From: Ranitomeya imitator
Taxonomy: Eukaryota
DNA length: 64,000 bases
Assembly: GCF_032444005.1 (NCBI RefSeq)
Contig: NC_091288.1
Location: forward strand, 220,844,001 to 220,908,000
Reading direction: 5' to 3'
A program made the position numbers and the translations under genes. The notes under the pieces were generated by a model. The model had not been told where the DNA came from. It saw nothing but the letters and a program-made list of their open reading frames with translations, and made no database searches. Positions within the stretch are counted from its first letter, which is position 1; the number at the start of each line of letters is the position of its first letter. Shown here one piece after another: positions 13,505-24,555 of the stretch.

Positions 13505-16500
13505 ATGGGCGCCCAGAGCAAAGTCCTGGGAATGCATCTGGTGCTGCTGATAATGGCCTTCATTGGTGAGTACCATCTTCTCCATCAGTTGTCCTTGGGT
13601 TTCTTGCACTTCCATACCATGTCATTGAGCCAATCTGGACACGTCTAAAAATGATTTGTTGTATTACAGCTCCCCTTTCTGCCTCCAATAACACAACATC
13701 ATCCCCACCGGTGTGCGGCTCCCCGGTCTTCTCCAGCCGGATAGTTGGAGGCACCAATGCTCTCGATGGAGAGTGGCCGTGGCAGATCAGCTTACGTTAT
13801 CATGGTAGCCATATATGTGGTGGGACCCTGATCTCCAGCCAGTGGGTGATGTCTGCAGCTCACTGCTTCTCAAGGTGTGTGATCACTGGGGTTAGAGAAG
13901 GACAATGATATGGCCGGAAACCCATGCACAATTATCTCATGTTTTTCTAGATAATTTACATTGGATGTGAAAATAATTTTCTTGGTTCCAGTAGGCTTTT
14001 CATGGAAGTGCTCCCCATTTTCTAGAAGCCTTCAGAGATGATCGTAAAAGATGATTTCTAAATCTATTGTGTATAACGATATTATTGTGGGACTTAAAGG
14101 AATAAGATGGAAAAGCAGTTATGTAGCAGCATATAGCGCCTTTAATTATATGGTTCTCTTCTTGCGGCTAATGGTATTTAAGTCCGCCTTGGATTATATA
14201 GCATTTTGAAGTGCCATAATAACTTATTAAGGACATTTTTGTGTCAAGGAAGTGATTCTACTGATGCCATAGTCGCCAACGTGACGTCATTCTTTTCTGT
14301 CTGTGGTCACCAATTTGCATTATACAAATAGCGCAGTCTCACTATGGCTACCTTCATCCACCATATCCTCTCCTCTCATTCCCAGGCCTGTCAGTCCATA
14401 TTCCTACACCATACAGCTGGGGAGATACCAGTTATCACTGGCGGACAATCATACAGTCACCTCTGATGTGAGTGACATCGTCATACACCCCCTGTATAAC
14501 TCAAGTGATGGACTCCAAGGGGACATCGCCCTACTGCAGCTCTCCAGTCCGGTCACCTACACCAAGTACATCCAGCCGATCTGCCTGCCCGCCGCCTCCG
14601 TCACCTTCCCCTGTGGCCTGGAGTGCTGGGTCACCGGCTGGGGCACCATAAACTCAGGAGGTAAGAGACGGCTTTATCAATTGTTCTTCAACTTTCATAA
14701 AATATAATTACATTTTCACTAACTTATAGGATTATGTCCAGATAAATGGCAAAACCACTGGAGAAGTGAAGACATGAGAGTAGGGAAGTGGAGAAAAGAA
14801 GGGAACACGGAGCAAAATTCAAGACTTGGACTGCTTGGTTTGGCAGAGTTTTGGTGGAAGGGGTTTACCATTTTTGCTGTTGCCTTGCGGTTGAGGTGCG
14901 CGAAGTGGTTGAAGTTGGGGCATCTTATTATGGGGAGTCTGTCCATTTTCTAGAGCTCATAAAGTGTAGACTCACAGTAAAGAGGTCCTTGTATGCTCTA
15001 AAAAATCCATAGCCTTAGAGTGTATGACCCTGCTGATTGGCAGACAGTAGTAGTAATATTTCCGGGACTCATCGCCCGTGTATTCGGTGAGTGGTGGCAG
15101 CGTGTATGAGCAAGTGTGCGGCCTGGGTCGGTGTATGATTTATGCTCCCATTGCAGCATTGGACAGAGGTTGAATGCTGGACTGAGAGTGGGGAGATAGA
15201 TTAACCCTTGTAGGCACAACCCCAAGTAATGTGCTGAGAAGCGGGTATGTGACAATGGCCAATAAGAAAATCTGCATTTTATTTTCGAAGTTGTGAAGTA
15301 AGACATAAGACACTCAAGACACATTTAGACAAGCCGACCATCAGTGAACTGGGATTTCTATGAACGCTCACGGTCATCAGCCCCTGTAGACATCAAGGAA
15401 CTACGGGATGAACGAGCTACACAATATTTTATGGCAGCATCAAAAATAATTATTGCTCTCGGCAGCACATAACCTAGTGTAAGCAGGAGATGTGCTGCCA
15501 ACAACATGAAGCTGTATGGGGAGAGAACCATCAAAATAATGATCGTTCTGTTCTCATCAGTATTCGCTAACAGGCCAGGTAATGAGCTTCGATCAACTTG
15601 TATATAGGCACTCGTTAATGGCCTAACCCTCTAGAGGCGTCCTTCCATAAAGACTCTGCATGGAGCACAAGTATGGCGGCGTTCTTGGGTCCATACTGAC
15701 CCGCCATGTAGTTCAGGGTGGCCGACGGGGTGCGTAAGCTTCAGGGTCACTTTCTTAATTGTAGGCATTGATTGGTGGTCTCCTTATGTCTCTCTTGAGT
15801 GTTCATTTGTCCCCCTCCTTTTGCAGTTGATTTATTGTACCCTGAAACTCTCCAGAAGGTGATGACTCCAATCATTGACCGAGCTCGATGTGATGATCTC
15901 TACCATGTGGGCTCCTACACCAGCAGCAGTATCTCCATCATCCTGGATGACATGATCTGTTCTGGTTACATAGATGGAGGCAAAGACTCCTGCCAGGTAC
16001 TGACTTGTCCGATGCCACCACCACCCTGTGGCGCCCTCCTGTAGGTGAACAGGCACGTGTACGGTAATAACTAGTGAGACAGTATCACCTAGAACAAATC
16101 TTTCTGAGCTCAAAATTTGCTCCATGGTCCCAATTCAATATTGCATTTAAAGGGAACCCGTCATGTAAAAAAAACACCATTATCCTGCAGAAATAGGGTC
16201 AATCTGCAGGTTAATAGCGTCCTACAGCCATGTGGCCGCCTCACTGAAAGACCGACTACTGGGAGGACATGAGCTTTATTCCTTCTGCCGCTTCTTGTTT
16301 TCAGTCATAGAGGCGCGGCCAGAGCGGCTTTAGTCACCTCCCTTAAAACAGAGCAGCGGCTGTAACCACACCTTGTCACTGACTGACAGCCAGCTCTGAC
16401 TGACAGCCGGCTCTGTACTTACACACTGCTCAGTCGGCTGTCAGTCAGTTGTTTGTTTTTCAGGTTGGTTTTTGTTTTGTGTCAAATTCTTTGAATAAGT

Positions 16501-17917
16501 TGGGCCAATTTAAAGTTTAATTTCTTCTTCATCAGTTTTATCATCTGTTCACCATAGTAGACGTGGTTTTTGGAACACTGATCTTTATTCCAGTCCTCTT
16601 CTGCACCCCTAGAGGTTTTTTTTTTTGGTATGCCAGAATTGTTTTGCACAAATATTAAAGTTCCATGTGTGTTTTTTAACGGATGGTGCAACTTTTTACT
16701 CCAACGATGCAAAAAAAAGCTAACAAACAAAAGTAGAGGACATTTGAACAAAAATTCTTTAACTCATGAGCGCCATTTTGAAGAATTTGTTGTAAAAAGC
16801 ATCAACAAATGCCGTAAGTCAGAAAAGAAAATGATTTAAAGGGATATCCTCAAGTTGTCTCTTGAGCAGCTCAGAGCTGCCTGACATGTGGCCGGGGCGG
16901 CTTTCATCCTTGAGGGACAGTTCTGATAAGCAGCAGAGCTGTTATATTAGTAGAACTGTAAAGCTCTGCACATGTTCTGCTACAACACTTTCATCAGTGG
17001 TTTGTTCTGAGTCTACACTTCCATCACTGGATATACACATAGAGATAACAGGGCATTTAAACAATGCTCCGGCCAGTGAGAGCAGTGACTAGGGGAACTT
17101 CACTGGAAGAAGCATATATGGGAGCAATTTTGCAAGATTTATAACAGCAGATTGTCAGGAGCTGAGAAGGAGGGGTATGTGAGCAGATCTTCTGTATAGA
17201 AATCAATGGGCTGCAGAGAGGTGGCTGGGATATTAGGAGTTAACCCTTCACCTATGCACAGTGGAGGAGCTCCATGGAAAACAGCTGTACACTATGAAAG
17301 ATAAAAGCCCTCACAGCAGGAGAATGTCAGCAGATACTGTAGAAAAAGCAAGTCAGTTCCAACTTGTTTATTTTCATGATGTCTAACTAATTAAAGCAGT
17401 TTGATAACTGGAGAATACCCCTTTAATAAAAACCACACACAACGAATTGAGCTATACATTTGCTGCTGATTGTAGACATATCTGTGTAGTGATGGGGTGA
17501 TCGTCTTTGTTTCCTTGTCCCTGGAGTAACTTGTCTGGATGTGGTTGAGAATATAGGACCGATATTTGTTGATGGACATGGTCACCTTCATGTTACATAT
17601 TTTTTACTCTGCCAGATTAGGATGATTTTGTAGGACGACATTTTCCTTTTTCATAATTTCCGCTGAATCGTATTTCTTCCAGGGAGACTCCGGGGGACCT
17701 CTCATATGTAAAGTCCAAGGCGTCTGGTACCAAGCCGGTGTTGTAAGTTGGGGAGATGGATGTGCTCTATCGCATCGCCCCGGGGTGTACACCCTGGTAC
17801 CCGTCTATACACCATGGATCCAGAGCTACGTGGCGGATGTCACCTTCAGTGACCTTGGAGATATACCGCCACCTTCCATAGACTGTGATGCAATTTTTGG
17901 GACAACCGCATTGCCTG
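13505..17917 (+). CDS. Trypsin-like serine protease, signal peptide plus domain 1 (exons 1-5 of a probable two-domain gene)
   Basis: Exons 13505-13565, 13670-13874, 14386-14660, 15827-15996, 17683-17917, all GT-AG and in frame. [20 protein letters not shown] signal; CGSPVFSSR|IVGG activation site; triad AAHC, DIAL, GDSGGP; KDSCQ (Asp189). Reading through the 17918 donor reaches a stop at 17994. Confidence 0.92.
14720..15340 (-). mobile_element. Possible L1-clade ORF2 3' remnant in intron 3
   Basis: Minus-strand translation LSPAFNLC...GRTLAHT and downstream segments loosely resemble the C-terminal Cys-rich region of L1 ORF2; heavily degraded, boundaries approximate. Confidence 0.4.
16840..17422. 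mobile_element. T2/Kolobok-type MITE
   Basis: TTAA on both sides (16836-16839, 17423-17426); TIRs AGGGATATCCTCAAGTTGTC vs AGGGGTATTCTCCAGTTATC (16/20). Confidence 0.7.
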
Positions 17918-18373
17918 GTAAGAAGGAGACGCTGCCCTGTCGCCATGTTCCCGTGGTGCAGACTCTTGTTATAACAATCATAGTAGAAAAATAATTTTGA
18001 TTATTTTTCTCATTGGGTTGCAAAAACATTTACAAGTGAAACATTTGGGTAATTGGTAATTCAGGCAGCAGAAATATGTGATGATCTCTAGGAAATGTTC
18101 ATATATAATATTACGTTCTCAGAAAGGTGTATCTACAGTGAATGAGCCTTACCGGGTTAGTCCCAATTATTATGTTACTATCGTCTAACCCAAGAATTAG
18201 GGGTCACGTAATAATTGCCGGGAGTCTGACATCTGGAACGCTCTGCGATCCCGAAATCAGGGCTTTGGATCCAAGCTCCCCAGAGCTCCGACATCAATGG
18301 AGGTGCACATGACCTTCTGTCTGCCGTTGCTTGTGGAGGTGCCGGAGAATTAGAGCGCTGTGTTGGGGGGGGG

Positions 18374-19107
18374 TGTCATGATCCCAATGGCAGGGAATCA
18401 CAAAAGGACAAGCACAAACGAGCTTTAGGGTGATGGAACCTGAGCTGACCGCGACCCTAAACCTAAACACACAAATAATAATAGCCGGGGAACGTGCCTA
18501 CGTTGATCCTAGACGTCTCGCACCAGCCGAAGATCTAACTTCCCCTATTAGAAGAAACACAGACCTCTCTTGCCTCCAGAGAAATCCCCCACAGAAATAG
18601 CAGCCCCCCACATATAATGACGGTGAAATGAGAGGAAGGCACATATGCAGTAAGAAAACAGATTCAGCAAAATGAGGCCCGCTAAAACTAGATAGCAGAG
18701 GATACAAAAGTAAACTGCGCGGTCAGCAAAAAACCCTTCAAAAAACCATCCTGAAATTACTTGAACTCATGTTCCAACTCATGGAACATGAGGAGCAATT
18801 ACAGCCCACTAGAGCAACCAGCAGCAAAGAAACACGTATCTGCAAGCTGGACAAGACAAAAATAAAGCAAAACGTGGAACAAGGAAATCAAAAACTTAGC
18901 TTGTCCTGAAGATTACTGAAGCCAGAAGCTGAGGTAACAAAACACTCTGATAACCTTGATAGCCGGCCAGGAAATGACAAGAAAGCCTGGTTAAATAGGA
19001 AACTCCCATATCCTGATAGAACAGGTGGACACCAGAGACAGCAGAACACAAATCACCCAGTACCATCAGTAACCACCAGAGGGAGCCCAAAAACAGAACT
19101 CACAACA
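18374..19107 (-). repeat. 3' LTR of the chromovirus
   Basis: TG...CA termini; abuts the PPT (plus strand GTACCCCCCCGTTGAGG from 19108). Confidence 0.95.
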
Positions 19108-22100
19108 GTACCCCCCCGTTGAGGAGGGGTCACCGAACCCTCACGAAAACCACCAGGGCGACCAGGATGAGCCCTATGAAAAGCGCGGACCAAATCATCA
19201 GCATGAACATCAGAGGCAACCACCCAAGAATTATCCTCCTGACCATAACCCTTCCACTTGACCAAATATTGGAGTTTCCGTCTGGAAACACGAGAATCCA
19301 AGATCTTCTCCACAACATACTCCAATTCTCCCTCCACCAGCACCGGAGCAGGAGGCTCAAGCGAAGGAACAACAGGTACCTCATACCTCCGCAACAACGA
19401 CCGATGGAACACATTATGAATAGCAAACGATGCCGGGAGATCCAAACGAAACGACACAGGGTTAAGAATTTCCAAGATCCTATAAGGACCGATGAACCAA
19501 GGCTTGAACTTAGGAGAAGAGACCTTCATAGGAACAAACCGAGAAGACAACCACACCAAGTCCCCAACACGAAGTCGAGGACCCACGCGGCGACGGCGAT
19601 TAGCAAACTGCTGAGCCTTCTCCTGGGACAACTTCAAATTGTCCACCACATGACTCCAAATCTGATGCAACCTATCCACCACCATGTCCACTCCAGGACA
19701 ATCAGAAGGCTCCACCTGACCAGAGGAAAAACGAGGATGAAACCCCGAATTACAAAAGAAAGGAGAAACCAAGGTAGCAGAACTAGCCCGATTATTAAGG
19801 GCAAACTCGGCCAGCGGCAAAAAGGTAACCCAGTCATCCTGATCAGCAGAAACAAAACACTTCAAATAAGTTTCCAAGGTCTGATTAGTTCGCTCCGTCT
19901 GGCCATTCGTCTGAGGGTGGAATGCAGACGAAAAGGACAAATCAATGCCCATCTTAGCACAGAACGTCCGCCAAAATCTAGACACAAACTGGGATCCCCT
20001 GTCAGAAACGATGTTCTCCGGAATCCCATGCAAACGAACCACGTTCTGGAAAAACAGAGGGACCAACTCAGAGGAGGAAGGTAACTTAGGCAAGGGTACC
20101 AGATGAACCATTTTAGAAAAGCGGTCACACACAACCCAGATGACGGACATTTTCTGAGAGACAGGGAGATCCGAAATAAAGTCCATGGAAATGTGCGTCC
20201 AAGGCCTCTTCGGGATAGGCAAAGGTGACAACAATCCACTGGCCCGAGAACAGCAAGGCTTAGCCCGAGCACAAACCTCACAAGACTGCACAAAAGAACG
20301 CACATCCCTCGACAAGGAAGGCCACCAAAAAGACCTGGCCACCAAGTCTCTAGTACCAAATATTCCAGGATGACCTGCCAACGCAGAAGAATGGACCTCG
20401 AAGATGACTCTACTGGTCCAACTATCCGGAACAAACAGTCTCTCAGGCGGACAACGGTCAGGTTTACCCGCCTGAAACTCCTGCAAAGCACGTCGCAAGT
20501 CTGGGAAGACAGCCGACAAAATCACCCCATCCCTAAGGATACCAGTGGGCTCAGAATTTCCAGGGGAGTCAGGCACAAAACTCCTAGAAAGAGCATCCGC
20601 TTTCACATTCTTTGAACCTGGCAGGTATGAAACCACAAAATTGAAACGAGAGAAAAACAGTGACCAACGAGCCTGTCTAGGATTCAGACGCCTGGCAGAC
20701 TCAAGGTAAATCAGATTTTTGTGATCAGTCAAGACCACCACACGATGTCTAGCACCCTCCAGCCAATGACGCCACTCCTCAAATGCCCACTTCATGGCCA
20801 AAAGTTCCCGATTACCAACATCATAATTCCGCTCAGCGGGCGAAAATTTTCTAGAAAAGAACGCACATGGCTTCATCACCGAGCAATCGGAGCTTCTCTG
20901 TGACAAAACCGCCCCTGCTCCAATCTCGGAAGCATCAACCTCAACCTGGAAAGGAAGCGAAACATCTGGCTGACGCAACACAGGAGCAGAAGAAAACCGG
21001 TGTTTAAGTTCCTGAAAGGCCTCCACAGCCGCAGGAGACCAATCAGCAACATCAGCACCCTTCTTAGTCAAATCCGTCAAAGGCTTAACAACACTAGAAA
21101 AATTAGTTATGAAACGACGATAGAAATTAGCAAAGCCCAAGAACTTCTGTAGACTCTTAAGAGATGTAGGCTGCGTCCAGTCACAAATAGCCTGAACCTT
21201 GATGGAATCCATCTCAATAGTAGAAGGGGAAAAAATATACCCCAAGAAAGAAATCTTCTGGACTCCAAAGAGACACTTTGAGCCCTTTACAAACAAAGAA
21301 TTGGCCCGCAGGACTTGAAACACCTTCCTGACCTGCTGAACATGAGACTCCCAGTCATCAGAAAAAACCAAAATATCATCCAAATACACAATCATAAATT
21401 TATCCAGATATTCACGGAAAATATCGTGCATAAAGGACTGGAAGACTGGAGGAGCATTAGAAAGTCCGAAAGGCATTACCAAATACTCAAAATGGCCCTC
21501 AGGCGTATTAAATGCGGTTTTCCACTCATCACCTTGCTTTATTCGTATAAGATTATACGCACCCCGAAGATCAATCTTAGTGAACCATTTAGCCCCGTTA
21601 ATGCGAGCAAACAAATCAGTCAACAAAGGCAAAGGATACTGATATTTTACGGTAATCTTATTCAAAAGACGATAATCTATACAAGGCCTCAAGGAACCAT
21701 CTTTTTTGGCCACGAAAAAAAAACCTGCTCCCAAAGGGGACGAAGATGGACGGATATGTCCCTTTTCCAAGGACTCCCTAACATAATCCCGCATAGCAGT
21801 ATGCTCTGGCACTGACAGATTGAACAAACGACCTTTAGGAAATTTACTACCAGGAATTAAATCTATAGCACAATCGCAATCCCTGTGAGGTTGAAGCGAA
21901 CTGAGCTTAGGCTCCTCAAAAACATCCCGATAATCAGACAAAAATACAGGAACCTCAGAAGGAGTAGATGAAGCGATAGAAATCGGAGGTGCATCATCAT
22001 GAACCCCCTGACATCCCCAGCTTAACACAGACATTGTTTTCCAGTCAAGGACTGGATTATGAGTTTGTAACCATGGCAGACCAAGTACTAGAACATCATG

Positions 22101-23168
22101 TAAATTATACAATACCAGGAAGCGAATCACCTCCTGATGAACGGGAGTCATACGCATGGTCACTTGTGTCCAGTACTGAGGTTTATTCATAGCTAAAGGT
22201 GTAGAGTCAATTCCCTTCAAAGGAATAGGGACTTCCAGAGGCTCAAGACTAAAACCACATCGCTTGGCAAATGACCAATCCATAAGACTCAGGGCAGCGC
22301 CTGAATCCACATAGGCATCGACGGAAATGGATGATAATGAACAAATCAGAGTCACAGACAGAATGAACTTAGACTGTAACGTACTAATGGCAACAGACTT
22401 ATCAACCTTTTTTGTGCGTTTAGAGCATGCTGATATAACATGAGCTGAATCACCACAATAAAAGCACAACCCATTTTTCCGCCTATAGTTTTGCCGTTCA
22501 CTTCTGGACTGAACTCTATCACATTGCATTGTCTCAAGTGCCTGTTCAGAAGACACCGCCAAATGGTGCACAGGTTTGCGCTCCCGTAAACGCCGATCAA
22601 TCTGAATAGCCATAGTCATAGACTCATTCAGACCTGTAGGCGCAGGGAACCCCACCATAACATCCTTAATGGCCTCAGAAAGGCCATCTCTGAACTTTGC
22701 AGCCAGGGCGCACTCATTCCACTGAGTAAGCACTGACCATTTCCGAAATTTTTGACAATATATTTCTGCTTCATCTTGCCCCTGAGAGAGAGCTAATAAA
22801 GCTTTTTCAGCCTGAATCTCTTGGTTAGGTTCCTCATAGAGCAAACCCAATGCCAGAAAAAACGCATCCACATTAACCAACGCAGGATCCCCTGGTGCCA
22901 ATGCAAATGCCCAATTTTGAGGGTCACCCCGCAGGAAAGATATAATAATCTTAACCTGCTGAGCAGGGTCTCCAGAAGAGCGAGATTTCAAAGAAAGGAA
23001 CAACTTGCAATTGTTCCTAAAATTCAGAAAACTAGATCTATCTACAGCAAAAAACTCTGGGATAGGAATTCTAGGTTCAGACATAGGAGCACGTACAACA
23101 AAATCTTGTATATTTTGAACCTTAGCAGCAAGATTATTCAGGCTGGAAGCTAAACTCTGGACGTCCAT
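19053..23168 (-). CDS. Gag-Pol polyprotein, 1371 aa, uninterrupted
   Basis: Gag; CCHC knuckle CFYCGDSAHVISAC; protease YVDSGA; RT LRPCIDYR and YLDDIL; RNase H DAS/ELLA/TDHKNL; integrase HSSALAGHPG..CEVC, SMDF, SDRG, TERTN, GPY; chromodomain EYVVEKILDSR..QYLVKWKGYGQEDNSW. Stop lies inside the 3' LTR. Confidence 0.97.
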   Translation of the reverse strand: MDVQSLASSLNNLAAKVQNIQDFVVRAPMSEPRIPIPEFFAVDRSSFLNFRNNCKLFLSLKSRSSGDPAQQVKIIISFLRGDPQNWAFALAPGDPALVNVDAFFLALGLLYEEPNQEIQAEKALLALSQGQDEAEIYCQKFRKWSVLTQWNECALAAKFRDGLSEAIKDVMVGFPAPTGLNESMTMAIQIDRRLRERKPVHHLAVSSEQALETMQCDRVQSRSERQNYRRKNGLCFYCGDSAHVISACSKRTKKVDKSVAISTLQSKFILSVTLICSLSSISVDAYVDSGAALSLMDWSFAKRCGFSLEPLEVPIPLKGIDSTPLAMNKPQYWTQVTMRMTPVHQEVIRFLVLYNLHDVLVLGLPWLQTHNPVLDWKTMSVLSWGCQGVHDDAPPISIASSTPSEVPVFLSDYRDVFEEPKLSSLQPHRDCDCAIDLIPGSKFPKGRLFNLSVPEHTAMRDYVRESLEKGHIRPSSSPLGAGFFFVAKKDGSLRPCIDYRLLNKITVKYQYPLPLLTDLFARINGAKWFTKIDLRGAYNLIRIKQGDEWKTAFNTPEGHFEYLVMPFGLSNAPPVFQSFMHDIFREYLDKFMIVYLDDILVFSDDWESHVQQVRKVFQVLRANSLFVKGSKCLFGVQKISFLGYIFSPSTIEMDSIKVQAICDWTQPTSLKSLQKFLGFANFYRRFITNFSSVVKPLTDLTKKGADVADWSPAAVEAFQELKHRFSSAPVLRQPDVSLPFQVEVDASEIGAGAVLSQRSSDCSVMKPCAFFSRKFSPAERNYDVGNRELLAMKWAFEEWRHWLEGARHRVVVLTDHKNLIYLESARRLNPRQARWSLFFSRFNFVVSYLPGSKNVKADALSRSFVPDSPGNSEPTGILRDGVILSAVFPDLRRALQEFQAGKPDRCPPERLFVPDSWTSRVIFEVHSSALAGHPGIFGTRDLVARSFWWPSLSRDVRSFVQSCEVCARAKPCCSRASGLLSPLPIPKRPWTHISMDFISDLPVSQKMSVIWVVCDRFSKMVHLVPLPKLPSSSELVPLFFQNVVRLHGIPENIVSDRGSQFVSRFWRTFCAKMGIDLSFSSAFHPQTNGQTERTNQTLETYLKCFVSADQDDWVTFLPLAEFALNNRASSATLVSPFFCNSGFHPRFSSGQVEPSDCPGVDMVVDRLHQIWSHVVDNLKLSQEKAQQFANRRRRVGPRLRVGDLVWLSSRFVPMKVSSPKFKPWFIGPYRILEILNPVSFRLDLPASFAIHNVFHRSLLRRYEVPVVPSLEPPAPVLVEGELEYVVEKILDSRVSRRKLQYLVKWKGYGQEDNSWVVASDVHADDLVRAFHRAHPGRPGGFREGSVTPPQRGGTVVSSVFGLPLVVTDGTG
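19108..19124 (-). other. Polypurine tract (PPT)
   Basis: Minus strand CCTCAACGGGGGGGTAC immediately precedes the 3' LTR. Confidence 0.8.
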
Positions 23169-23330
23169 GATAAACAGCTAAGGTCAGAGCCATTCAAGTA
23201 TTAAGAGGAGGAAAAAATCAGCCAGGCTGCAATTAGGGCTAGGCAGCAACCTCAGAGGAGTGGGGAAAAAAAAAAAAAAAAAAAAAACTTCCTCAGACTA
23301 CTTTTCCTCCTACTTCAGCCAAAACTTTCG

Positions 23331-23342
23331 GGCCGGCTATAC
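23331..23342 (-). other. Primer-binding site of self-priming type
   Basis: Minus strand GTATAGCCGGCC directly after the 5' LTR; lacks the TGG start of tRNA PBSs; 10-nt perfect complement to LTR positions 23928-23937. Confidence 0.8.
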
Positions 23343-24076
23343 TGTCATGATCCCAATGGCAGGGAATCACAAAAGGACAAGCACAAACGAGCTCTAGGGT
23401 GATGGAACCTGAGCTGACCGCGACCCTAAACCTAAACACACAAATAATAATAGCCGGGGAACGTGCCTACATTGATCCTAGACGTCTCGCACCAGCCGAA
23501 GATCTAACTTCCCCTATTAGAAGAAACACAGACCTCTCTTGCCTCCAGAGAAATCCCCCACAGAAATAGCAGCCCCCCACATATAATGACGGTGAAATGA
23601 GAGGAAGGCACATACGCAGTAAGAAAACAGATTCAGCAAAATGAGGCCCGCTAAAACTAGATAGCAGAGGATACAAAAGTAAACTGCGCGGTCAGCAAAA
23701 AACCCTTCAAAAACCCATCCTGAAATTACTTGAACTCATGTTCCAACTCATGGAACATGAGGAACAATTACAGCCCACTAGAGCAACCAGCAGCAAAGAA
23801 ACACGTATCTGCAAGCTGGACAAGACAAAAATAAAGCAAAACGTGGAACAAGGAAATCAAAAACTTAGCTTGTCCTGAAGATTACTGAAGCCAGAAGCTG
23901 AGGTAACAAAACACTCTGATAACCTTGATAGCCGGCCAGGAAATGACAAGAAAGCCTGGTTAAATAGGAAACTCCCATATCCTGATAGAACAGGTGGACA
24001 CCAGAGACAGCAGAACACAAATCACCCAGTACCATCAGTAACCACCAGAGGGAGCCCAAAAACAGAACTCACAACA
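23343..24076 (-). repeat. 5' LTR of the chromovirus with TATA-like box (minus TATTTAA, 23960-23966)
   Basis: Near-identical to 18374-19107; TATA box ~29 nt upstream of the GGCCGGCTAT motif at 23937-23928. Confidence 0.95.
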
Positions 24077-24555
24077 GGGGGGGGGGCATTCTTAATCTGT
24101 GACTTAGCCTCTCACCAATAGATGGACATGAGTTGTGTAATGCTCGTTTTTCCTTTAATTTTTAAAGGGAACCTGTCACCAGGTTTGGCGATACGAGTTA
24201 CGGCCAAACCTTATGACACGGAATGATGGATTTTCCGGCTGAGCTCATCCACGCCCGTCCCTGCTCAGCTCCATTAGCCTTTAAATTTATTAGGCTGTGA
24301 CTGGTATAAAAATGGTGAAAGTCGCTATGTTTTTTGCACCATTTCAAATAGTTACTTGGCAGTAAATGTAAGAAATCAGTTTGATCAATCAGGGTTTATA
24401 TGTAAGGGGCGGCCATGGTCACTCAATACAAGTCCATTATCTGCAATCAGAAGCTGGCTTAGATGTCTAGAGATGACTCAATGACTTCTATGGGAGAAGA
24501 TGTACTCACCGTACTCCACCCAGGTGTTCATTACGCGTGCATTATGTTATTCTAG

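Larger units (their letters stand above)
18374..24076 (-). mobile_element. Full-length Ty3/Gypsy chromovirus (Tf1/sushi-like) LTR retrotransposon
   Basis: Two 734-bp LTRs (18374-19107, 23343-24076; TGTCATG...CACAACA; about 5 substitutions counted by eye), flanked by G runs, with a PPT, a non-tRNA PBS and one open gag-pol ORF. Confidence 0.97.

Noticed and set aside
18498-19090. Duplicated small ORFs at 18498-18707/23467-23676 and 18896-19090/23865-24059
   Set aside because: They lie within the two LTRs; duplication simply reflects LTR identity.
19119-20084. 321-aa plus-strand ORF and other short ORFs overlapping gag-pol
   Set aside because: Antisense or alternate-frame shadows of the integrase/RT coding sequence, with no motifs.
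24311-24365. MVKVAMFFAPFQIVTWQ* as a signal exon for domain 2
   Set aside because: Ends in a stop with no convincing phase-1 GT donor.
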